Assembly (NCBI GenBank): GCA_027923505.1
Contig: BROI01000009.1
Coordinates: 62,001 to 126,000 of the forward strand
Length of the DNA stretch: 64,000 nucleotides
DNA from: Mayamaea pseudoterrestris
Taxonomy: Eukaryota
Reading direction: 5' to 3'
Shown: positions 51,001 through 62,700 of the stretch, piece after piece
Layout of the letters: every line of letters begins with the position of its first letter
Numbering within the stretch: the first letter of the stretch is position 1
Position numbers and translations under genes: made by a program
Notes under the pieces: model-generated
Seen by the model: only the letters and a program-made list of their open reading frames with translations
Databases searched by the model: none
Told to the model about the DNA's origin: nothing

Positions 51001-54000
51001 CACTCAATAGCCATAGCCATGAGCCAGCCTGCTTCAATATGAGTCTCTGCGGTTGCTAGGCATGCATAAACGATGCAGGATGTGCAATCCATTCAATGGT
51101 ATACCTTCAAACCCTCCAGTAAAATGACTGGGGTTGGGTTCAGCCATGGGTCCAGCAACTCAAATAGAAACACACTCAATAACCATAGCCATAAGCCAGC
51201 CTGCTTCAATATGAGTCTCTGCGGTTGCTAGGCATGCATAAAGGATGCAGGATAAGCAATCCATTCCATGGTATACCTTCAAACCCTCCAGTAAAATGAC
51301 CGGGGTTGGGTTTGCCATGGTTCCAGCTACTCAAATACAAACACACTCAATAGCCATAGCCATGAGCCAGCCTGCTTCAATATGAGTCTCTGCGGTTGCT
51401 AGGCATGCATAAAGGATGCAGGTTGTACAATCCATTCAATGGTATACCTTCAAACCCTCCAGTTAAACGACCGGGGTTGGGTTCAGCCATGGTTTCGGCT
51501 ATTCAAATACAAACACACTCAATAGCCATAGCCATGAGCCAGCCTGCTTCAATATGAGTCTCTGCGGTTGCTAGGCATGCATAAAGGATGCAGGATGTGC
51601 AATCCTTTCAATGGTATACCTTCAAACCCTCCAGTAAAATGACTGGGAATGGGTTCAGCAATGGTTTCAGCTACTCAAACACAAACACACTCAAAGCCAT
51701 AGCCATGAGCCAGCCTGTTTCAATATGAGTCTCTGCGATTGCTAGGCATGCATAAAGGATGCAGGATGTGCAATTCATTGTTTGGTATACCTTCAAACCC
51801 TCCAGGAAAATAAACGGGGTTAGTTTCAGCATGGGTATCAGCTACTCAAATACAAACACTTAATAGTCCTAGCCACGGGCCAGCCTGCCTTCAAATATGA
51901 AGTCTCGCGGTTGCTAGGCATGCATAAAGGAGCAGGATGTGCAATCCATTACAATACCTTCACACCCTCCAGTAAAATGACCAGCTGGGTGGGTTCAGCA
52001 ATGGGTTTCGCATCAAATACAAACACACTCAATAGCCATAGCCATGTGCCAGCCAGCTTCAATCTGAGTCTCTGCGGTTGCTAGGCATGCATAAAGGATG
52101 CAGGATGTGCAATCCATTCAATAGTGTACCTAAAACTCCTCCAGTAAAATGACCGGGGTTGGGTTCGTCAATGGTTTCATCTATTCAAATACAAACACAC
52201 TCAATAGCCATAGCCATGTGCCAGCAAGCTTCAATCTGAGTCTCTGCAGTTGCTAGGCATGCATAAAGGATGCAGGATGTGCAATCCATTCAAAGGAATT
52301 CCTTCAAACCCTCCAGTAAAATGACCGGGGTTGGGTTCATCAATGGTTTCATCTATTCAAATACAAACACACTCAATAGCCATAGCCATGAGCCAGCCAG
52401 CTTCAATATGAGTCTCTGCGGTTGCTAGGCATGCATAAAGGATGCAGGATGTGCAATCCATTCAATGGTATACCTACAACTCCTCCAGGAAAATGACCGG
52501 GGTTGGGTTCGGCATGGGTCCAGCTACTCAAATACAAACACACTCAATAGCCATAGCCATGTGCCAGCCAGCTTCAATCTGAGTCTCTGCGGTTGCTAGG
52601 CATGCATAAAGGATGCAGGATGTGCAATCCATTCAATGGTATACCTTCAAACCCTCCAGTAAAATGACCGGGGTTGGGTTCATAAATGGTTTCAGCTACT
52701 CAAATACAAACACACTCAATAGCCATAGCCATGTGCCAGCCATCTTCAATCTGAGTCTCTGCGGTTGCTAGGCATGCATAAAGGATGCAGGATGTGCAAT
52801 CCATTCAATGGTATACCTACAACTCCTCCAGGAAAATGACTGGGGTTGGGTTCAGCAATGCAAACACACTCAAAGCCATAGCCATGAGCCAGCCTGTTTC
52901 AATATGAGTCTCTGCGATTGCTAGGCATGCATAAAGGATGCAGGATGTGCAATTCATTGTTTGGTATACCTTCAAACCCTCCAGGAAAATAAACGGGGTT
53001 AGTTTCAGCATGGGTATCAGCTACTCAAATACAAACACTTAATAGTCCTAGCCACGGGCCAGCCTGCCTTCAAATATGAAGTCTCGCGGTTGCTAGGCAT
53101 GCATAAAGGAGCAGGATGTGCAATCCATTACAATACCTTCACACCCTCCAGTAAAATGACCAGCTGGGTGGGTTCAGCAATGGGTTTCGCATCAAATACA
53201 AACACACTCAATAGCCATAGCCATGTGCCAGCCAGCTTCAATCTGAGTCTCTGCGGTTGCTAGGCATGCATAAAGGATGCAGGATGTGCAATCCATTCAA
53301 TAGTGTACCTAAAACTCCTCCAGTAAAATGACCGGGGTTGGGTTCGTCAATGGTTTCATCTATTCAAATACAAACACACTCAATAGCCATAGCCATGTGC
53401 CAGCAAGCTTCAATCTGAGTCTCTGCAGTTGCTAGGCATGCATAAAGGATGCAGGATGTGCAATCCATTCAAAGGAATTCCTTCAAACCCTCCAGTAAAA
53501 TGACCGGGGTTGGGTTCATCAATGGTTTCATCTATTCAAATACAAACACACTCAATAGCCATAGCCATGAGCCAGCCAGCTTCAATATGAGTCTCTGCGG
53601 TTGCTAGGCATGCATAAAGGATGCAGGATGTGCAATCCATTCAATGGTATACCTACAACTCCTCCAGGAAAATGACCGGGGTTGGGTTCGGCATGGGTCC
53701 AGCTACTCAAATACAAACACACTCAATAGCCATAGCCATGTGCCAGCCAGCTTCAATCTGAGTCTCTGCGGTTGCTAGGCATGCATAAAGGATGCAGGAT
53801 GTGCAATCCATTCAATGGTATACCTTCAAACCCTCCAGTAAAATGACCGGGGTTGGGTTCATAAATGGTTTCAGCTACTCAAATACAAACACACTCAATA
53901 GCCATAGCCATGTGCCAGCCATCTTCAATCTGAGTCTCTGCGGTTGCTAGGCATGCATAAAGGATGCAGGATGTGCAATCCATTCAATGGTATACCTACA

Positions 54001-57000
54001 ACTCCTCCAGGAAAATGACTGGGGTTGGGTTCAGCAATCAAACACACTCAATAGCCATAGCCATGTGCCATCCAACTTCGATCTGAGTCTCTGCGGTTGC
54101 TAGGCATGCATAAAGAATGCAGGATGTGCAATCCATTCAATGGTATACCTACAATTCCTCCAGGAAAATGACCGGGGTTGGGTTCAGCATGGGTCCAGCT
54201 ACTCAAATATAAACACACTCAATAGCCATAGCCATGTGCCAGCCATCTTCAATCTGAGTCTCTGCGGTTGCTAGGCATGCATAAAGGATGCAGGATGTGC
54301 ATTCCATTCAATGGTATACCTTCAAACCCTCCAGGTAAATGACTGGGGTTGGGTTCAGCAATGGTTTCAGCTACTCAAATACAACCACACTCAATAGCCA
54401 TAGCCATGAGCCAGCCTGCTTCAATCTGAGTGTCTGCGGTTGCTAGGCATGCATAATGGATGCAAGGCATTCGCCATAATGGACCGGCTGGGTTCAGCAA
54501 TGGTTCCAGCTACTTCAAATACAAACACACTCAATAGCCATATCCAATAGCCAGCCAGCTTCAATTTGAGTCTCTGCGGTTGCTAGGCATGTATTAAGGA
54601 TGTAGGATGTGCAATCCATTCTAATTTATACCTATAACTCCTTCAGGAAAATGACCGGGGTTGGGTTCGGCATGGTTTCAGCTACTCAGATACAAACACA
54701 CTCAATAGCCGTAGCCATGTGCCAGCCTCCTTCAATCTGAGTCTCTGCGGTTGCTAGGCATGCATAAAGAACGTAGGATGAGCAATTGATTCAAATTTAT
54801 ACCTACAACCCCTCCAGGAAAATGACCGGGGTTGGGTTCAGCATGGGTCCAACTACTCTAATATAAACACACTCAATAGCCATAGCCATGTGCCAGCCAG
54901 CTTCAATCAGAGTCTCTGCGGTTGCTAGGCATGCATAAAGGATGTAGGATGTGCATTCCATTCAATGGTATACCTTCAAACCCTGCAGTAAAATGACCGG
55001 GGTTGCGTTCAAAAATGGTTTCAGCTACTCAAATACAAACACACTCAATAGCCATAGCCATGAGCCAGCCTGCTTCAATATGAGTCTCTGCGGTTGCTAG
55101 GCATGCATAAAGGATGCAGGATGTGCAATCCATTCAATGGTATACCTTCAAACCCTCCAGGAAAATGACTGGGGTTGGGTTCAGCAATGGTTTCAGCTAC
55201 TCAAATACAACCACACTCAATAGCCATAGCCATGAGCCAGCCTGCTTCAATCTGAGTGTCTGCGGTTGCTAGGCATGCATAAAGGATGCAGGATGTGCAA
55301 TCCATTCAATGGTATACCTTCAAACCCTCCAGTAAAATGACTGGGTTTGCGTTTAGCAACTGTTTCAGCTCTTCAAATACAAACACACTCAATAGCCATA
55401 GCCATGTGCCAGCCAGCTTCAATCAGAGTCTCTGCGGTTGCTAGGCATGCATAAAGGATGCAGGATGTGCATTCCATTCAATGGTATACCTTCAAACCCT
55501 GCAGTAAAATGACCAGGGTTGCGTTCAGCAATGGTTTCAGCTACTCAAATACAAACACACTCAATAGCCATAGCCATGAGCCAGCCTGCTTCAATATGAG
55601 TCTCTGCGGTTGCTAGGCATGGATTAATGATGCAGGATGTGCAATCCATTCAATAATATACCTCAAGCTCCGCTAGGTAAAAGGATGAGTGCATTCCATT
55701 CAATGGTATACCTTCAAACCCTGCAGTAAAATGACCGGGGTTGCCATCATAAATGGTTTCAGCTACTCAAATACAAACACACTCAATAGCCATAGCCATG
55801 AGCCCGATCGGTTGCTAGGCATATACAGGAATGGATGTGCAATCCATTCAATAATATACCTTCAAACCCTCCAGTAAAATGACCGGGGTTGGGTTCAGCA
55901 ATGGGTCCAGCTATTCAGATACAAACACACTCAATAGCCATAGCCATGTGCCAGCCATCTTCAATCTGAGTCTCTGCGGTTGCTAGGCATGCATAAAGGA
56001 TGCAGGATGTGCAATCCATTCAAATTTATACCTACAACTCCTCCAGGAAAATGACCGGGGTTGGGTTCGGCATGGGTCCAGCTACTCAAATATAAACACA
56101 CTCAATAGCCATAGCCATGTGCCAGCCAGCTTCAATCTGAGTCTCTGCGGTTGCTAGGCATGCATAAAGGATGCAGGATGTGCAATCCATTCAATGGTAT
56201 ACCTTCAAACCCTCCAGTAAAATGACCGGGGTTGGGTTCAGCAATGGGTCCAGCTATTCAGATACAAACACACTCAATAGCCATAGCCATGTGCCAGCCA
56301 TCTTCAATCTGAGTCTCTGCGGTTGCTAGGCATGCATAAAGGATGCAGGATGTGCAATCCATTCAAATTTATACCTACAACTCCTCCAGGAAAATGACCG
56401 GGGTTGGGTTCGGCATGGGTCCAGCTACTCAAATATAAACACACTCAATAGCCATAGCCATGTGCCAGCCAGCTTCAATCTGAGTCTCTGCGGTTGCTAG
56501 GCATGCATAAAGGATGCAGGATGTGCAATCCATTCAATGGTATACCTACAACTCCTCCAGGAAAATGACCGGGGTTGGGTTCGGCATGGGTCCAGCTACT
56601 CAAATATAAACACACTCAATAGCCATATCCATGTGCCAGCCAGCTTCAATCTGAGTCTCTGCAGTTGCTAGGCATGCATAAAGGATGCAGGATGTGCATT
56701 CCATTCAATGGTGTACCTACAACTCCTCCAGTAAAATGACCGGGGTTGGGTTCAGCAATGGTTTCAGCTAGTCAAATACAAACACACTCAATAGCCATAG
56801 CCATGAGCCAGCCTGCTTCAATATGAATCTCTGCGGTTGCTAGGCATGGACTAATGATGCAGGGAATGGTATACTTCAATCCAGTATTCAGAATGGTTTT
56901 TCATACAAACCACTCCAGGAAAGCCATGACCAGGGTTAGTTTCCAGAAAAGGCAGGATCCCTCAATCACAAACTCAGCACGATCAGCTACACACTCAATA

Positions 57001-59490
57001 GCCCTAGCCACGGGCCAGCCAGCTACAATAATAGTCTCTTTGGTTGCTTGGCATGTTAAAAGATGCAGGATGTGCAATCCACTCAATGGCATACCTTCAC
57101 ACCCTCCAGTAATATGACTGGGCTTGGGTGGGGTTTGGTGGTGGCTGGCAGGCACATGGGTTTCAGCTATTCAAACACACTCAATAGCCATAGCCATGTT
57201 CCAGCCAGCTTCAATCTGAGTCTCTGCGGTTGCTAGGCATGCATAAAGGATGCAGGATGTGCAATCCATTCAAATTTTAACCTTTATCTCTTCCAGGAAA
57301 ATGACCGGGGTTGGGTTCAGCAATGGTTTCAGCTATTCAAATACAAACACACTCAATAATCTGAGTCTCTGCGGTTGCTAGGCATGCATAAAGGATGCAG
57401 GATGTGCATTCCATTCAATGGTATACCTTCAAACCCTCCAGTAAAATGACTGGGGTTGGGTTCAGCAATGGTTTCAGCTACTCAGATACAAACACACTCA
57501 ATAGCCATAGCCATGAGCCAGCCTGCTTCAATCTGAGTTTCTGCGGTTGCTAGGCATGGATTAATGATGCAGGATGTGCAATCTATTCAATAATATACCT
57601 TCAAACCCTCCAGTAAAATGACCGGGGTTGGGTTCAGCAATGGGTCCAGCTATTCAAATACAAACACACTCAATAGCCATAGCCATGTGCCAGCCTGCGT
57701 CAATCTGAGTCTCTGCGGTTGCTAGGCATGCATAAAGGATGCAGGATGTGCAATCCATTCAAATTTTTACCTATAACTCTTCCAGGAAAATGACCGGGGT
57801 TGGGTTCGGCATGAATCCAGCTACTCAAATAATAACACACTCAATAGCCATAGCCATCTGCCAGCCAGCTTCAATATAAGTGTCTGCAGTTGCTAGGCAT
57901 GCATAAAGGATGTAGGATGTGCAATCCATTCAAATTTATACCTACAAGGCCTCCAGGAAAATGACCGGGGTTGGGTTTGGCTTGGGTCCAGCTACTCAAA
58001 TATAAACACACTCAATAGCCATAGCCATGTGCCAGCCAGCCTCAATCTGAGTCTCTGCGGTTGCTATGCATGGACTAATGATGCAGGATATGCAATCCAT
58101 TTAATGGTATACCTTCAAACCCTCCAGTAAAATGACCGGGGTTGGGTTCAGCAATGGTTTCAGCTATTCAAATACAAACACACTCAATAACTATAGCCAT
58201 GAACCAGCCTGTTTCAAAATGAGTCTCTGCGGTTGCTAGGCATGGGATGAGGTGCTATTCAAATTTTTCCTACAAACCCTCCACGAAAATGTTGGTGGTG
58301 GCTGGCAGGCACATGGGTTTCAGCTATTCAAACACACTCAATAGCCATAGCCATGTTCCAGCCAGCTTCAATCTGAGTCTCTGCGGTTGCTAGGCATGCA
58401 TAAAGGATGCAGGATGTGCAATCCATTCAAATTTTAACCTTTATCTCTTCCAGGAAAATGACCGGGGTTGGGTTCAGCAATGGTTTCAGCTATTCAAATA
58501 CAAACACACTCAATAATCTGAGTCTCTGCGGTTGCTAGGCATGCATAAAGGATGCAGGATGTGCATTCCATTCAATGGTATACCTTCAAACCCTCCAGTA
58601 AAATGACTGGGGTTGGGTTCAGCAATGGTTTCAGCTACTCAGATACAAACACACTCAATAGCCATAGCCATGAGCCAGCCTGCTTCAATCTGAGTTTCTG
58701 CGGTTGCTAGGCATGGATTAATGATGCAGGATGTGCAATCTATTCAATAATATACCTTCAAACCCTCCAGTAAAATGACCGGGGTTGGGTTCAGCAATGG
58801 GTCCAGCTATTCAAATACAAACACACTCAATAGCCATAGCCATGTGCCAGCCTGCGTCAATCTGAGTCTCTGCGGTTGCTAGGCATGCATAAAGGATGCA
58901 GGATGTGCAATCCATTCAAATTTTTACCTATAACTCTTCCAGGAAAATGACCGGGGTTGGGTTCGGCATGAATCCAGCTACTCAAATAATAACACACTCA
59001 ATAGCCATAGCCATCTGCCAGCCAGCTTCAATATAAGTGTCTGCAGTTGCTAGGCATGCATAAAGGATGTAGGATGTGCAATCCATTCAAATTTATACCT
59101 ACAAGGCCTCCAGGAAAATGACCGGGGTTGGGTTTGGCTTGGGTCCAGCTACTCAAATATAAACACACTCAATAGCCATAGCCATGTGCCAGCCAGCCTC
59201 AATCTGAGTCTCTGCGGTTGCTATGCATGGACTAATGATGCAGGATATGCAATCCATTTAATGGTATACCTTCAAACCCTCCAGTAAAATGACCGGGGTT
59301 GGGTTCAGCAATGGTTTCAGCTATTCAAATACAAACACACTCAATAACTATAGCCATGAACCAGCCTGTTTCAAAATGAGTCTCTGCGGTTGCTAGGCAT
59401 GGAATGAGGTGCTATTCAAATTTTTCCTACAAACCCTCCACGAAAATGCCCCGGTTCGCTCCCATTTCAGTGGTTTCTCAGATTCAAAAC
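42041..59490. repeat. Satellite A (172-bp monomer), main array, ~100 copies
   Basis: Period measured directly (atgcagga at 43681, 43853, 44025). Near-identical copies in the centre, more diverged copies at the edges. Confidence 0.97.
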
Positions 59491-59719
59491 ACTCAATAGC
59501 AGCGACACTGGGCCTGGGGGCTGGCAAGACTGTTAACACCAATGCTCTCAATAGCAGCTGCCTGGGTGATGACAGCAATCCGGTATGTCGGCTAGGACAA
59601 AGGACTGGCTGGTGGTCATTCCGGTGCAGGGGAAGCCGCGACAATTGAACACCAAGAAGATGCACCTAGAGACTTTACCTGATACGTGGGGAAATGTTGC
59701 ACGTAGAAAAGGTCGTTCG

Positions 59720-62700
59720 CCGCCCCCAAAACCCAATGAGTCGGCCAAACATCCAACTGCGAAGGGCAGAGTCTCAAATGGTGCCAAAGGACTGCCGGCG
59801 ACACCATGGTACGGCCCACGGCGGGATGGCCAAACCACAAGTTGCCGATTCTCCCAAACCATGCCCTGGCCACCCAAATACCCAATGAGTCAGGCGAAAA
59901 ATGTCCAGGGTATGCCATTGACAGGTGCAGAGTCTCAAATGGTGCAAAAGGACTGCCTGAGGCGACACCATGGGTAGGCCTCCACGGTGGGTATGGCCAA
60001 CACACAAGTTGCCGATTCTTCCTGTCAAACGCCCCATGCCCTGGCCACCCAAATACCCAATGAGTCAGGCCAAACATGTCCAGGGTATGCCATTGACAGG
60101 TGCAGAGTCTCAATGGTGCAAAAAGGACTGCCTGGAGGCTGACACCATGGGTACGGCCTCCACGGGGGGTATGGCCAACACCACAAGTTGTCGATTCTGA
60201 CCTGTCAAACGCCCCATGCCCTGGCCACCCAAATACCCAATGAGTCAGGCAAAACATGTCCAGGGTATGCCATTGACAGGTGCATAGTCTCAAATGGTGC
60301 AAAAAGGACTGCCTGGAGGCTGACACCATGGGTACGGCCTCCACGGTGGGTATGGCCAACACCACAAGTTGCAGATTCTGCCCTGTCAAACGCCCCATGC
60401 CCTGGCCACCCAAATACCCAATGAGTCAGGCAAAACATGTCCAGGGTATGCCATTGACAGGTGCAGAGTCTCAAATGGTGCAAAAAGGACTGCCTGAGGC
60501 TGACAACTGGGTACGGCCTCCACTGTGGGTAGGGCCAACACCACAAGTTGCGATTCTCCCTGTCAAACGCCCATGCCCTGGCCACCCAAATACCCAATGA
60601 GTCAGGCAAAACATGTCCAGGGTATGCCATTGACAGGTGCAGAGTCTCAAATGGTGCAAAAAGGACTGCCTGGAGGCTGACACCATGGGTACGGCCTCCA
60701 CGGTGGGTAGGGCCAACACCACACGTTCCCTACTCTACCCTGTCAAACGCCCCATGCCCTGGCCACCCAAATACCCAATGAGTCAGGCCAAACATGTCCA
60801 GGGTATGCCATTGACAGGTGCAGAGTCTCAAATGGTGCAAAAAGCAATCTCTGGATGTGGAGGCTGACACCATGGGTACAGCCTCTACTGTGGGTATGGC
60901 CAACACCACAAGTTGCAGATTCCCATGCCCTGGCCACCCAAATACCCAATGAGTCAGGCAAAACATGTCCAGGGTATGCCATTGACAGGTGCAGAGTCTC
61001 AAATGGTGCAAAAAGGACTGCCTGGAGGCTGACAACATGGGTTCGGCCTCCACTGTGGGTATGGCCAACACCACAAGTTGCGATTCCTCAAACGCCCCTG
61101 CCTGGCCACCCAAATACCAAATGAGTCAGGCAAAACATGTCCAGGGTTTGCCATTGACAGGTGCAGAGTCTCAAATGGTGCAAAAGGACTGCTGAGGTGA
61201 CAACATGGGTACGGCCTCCACGGTGGGTATGGCCAACACCACAAGTTGCAGATTCTCCCTGTCAAACGCCCCATGCCCTGGCCACCCAAATACCCAATGA
61301 GTCAGGCAAAACATGTCCAGGGTATGCCATTGACAGGTGCAGAGTCTCAAATGGTGCAAAAGGACTGCCTGAGGCTGACAACATGGGTACGGCTCCACTG
61401 TGGGTATGGCCAACACCACAAGTTGCAGATTCTTCCCTGTCAAACCCCCATGCCCTGGCCACCCAAATACCCAATGAGTCAGGCAAAACATGTCCAGGGT
61501 ATGCCATTGACAGGTGCAGAGTCTCAAATGGTGCAAAAAGGACTGCTGAAAGGCTGACACCATGGGTATGGCCTCCACTGTGGGTATGGCCAACACCACA
61601 AGTTGCAGATTCTTCCCTGTCAAACGCCCCATGCCCTGGCCACCCAAATACCCAATGAGTCAGGCAAAACATGTCCAGGGGATGCCATTGACAGGTGCAG
61701 AGTCTCAAATGGTGCAAAAAGGACTGCCTGAGGTGACAACTGGGTACGGCCTCCACTGTGGGTATGGCCAACTCCACAAGTTGCAGATTCTTCCCTGTCA
61801 AACGCCTCATGCCCTGGCCACCCAAATACCCAATGAGTCAGGCAAAACATGTCCAGGGTATGCCATTGACAGGTGCAGAGTCTCAAATGGTGCAAAACGG
61901 ACTGCCTTGAGGCTGACACCATGGGTACGGCCTCCACTGTGGGTATGGCCAACACCACAAGTTGCAGATTCTCCCTGTCAAACGCCCCATGCCCTGGCCA
62001 CCCAAATACCCAATGAGTCAGGCAAAACATGTCCAGGGTATGCCATTGACAGGTGCAGAGTCTCAAATGGTGCAAAAAGGACTGCCTGGAGGCTGACAAC
62101 ATGGGTACGGCCTCCACTGTGGGTATGGCCAACACCACAAGTTGCAGATTCCTTCCTGTCAAACGCCCCATGCCCTGGCCACCCAAATACCCAATGAGTC
62201 AGGCAAAACATGTCCAGGGTATGCCATTGACAGGTGCATAGTCTCAAATGGTGCAAAAAGGACTGCCTGGAGGCTGACAACATGGGTACGGCCTCCACTG
62301 TGGGTATGGCCAACACCACAAGTTGCAGATTCTTCCCTGTCAAACGCCCCTGCCCTGGCCACCCAAATACCCAATGAGTCAGGCAAAACATGTCCAGGGT
62401 AGGCCATTGACAGGTGCAGAGTCTCAAATGGTGCAAAAGGACTGCCTGAGGCTGACACCATGGGTAGGGCCCCCCCGTTGGGTTGGCCAACACCACAAGT
62501 TGCAGATTCTTCCCTGTCAAACGCCCCATGCCCTGGCCACCCAAATACCCAATGAGTCAGGCAAAACATGTCCAGGGTATGCCATTGACAGGTGCACACC
62601 ATGGGTACGGCCTCCACTGTGGGTATGGCCAACACCACAAGTTGCAGATTCTTCCCTGTCAAACGCCCCATGCCCTGGCCACCCAAATACCCAATGAGTC

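Noticed and set aside
54440..57000. Scrambled monomers at ~54460, ~55660-55840 and ~56850-56990 as distinct insertions
   Set aside because: They look like degraded A sequence or low-quality long-read consensus; they cannot be interpreted without reads.
37697..57155. Short repeated ORFs in satellites A and B (MSQGMAMYLVTT..., MQDVQSIQ...)
   Set aside because: Chance ORFs recurring at the monomer period; stops occur in most monomers.
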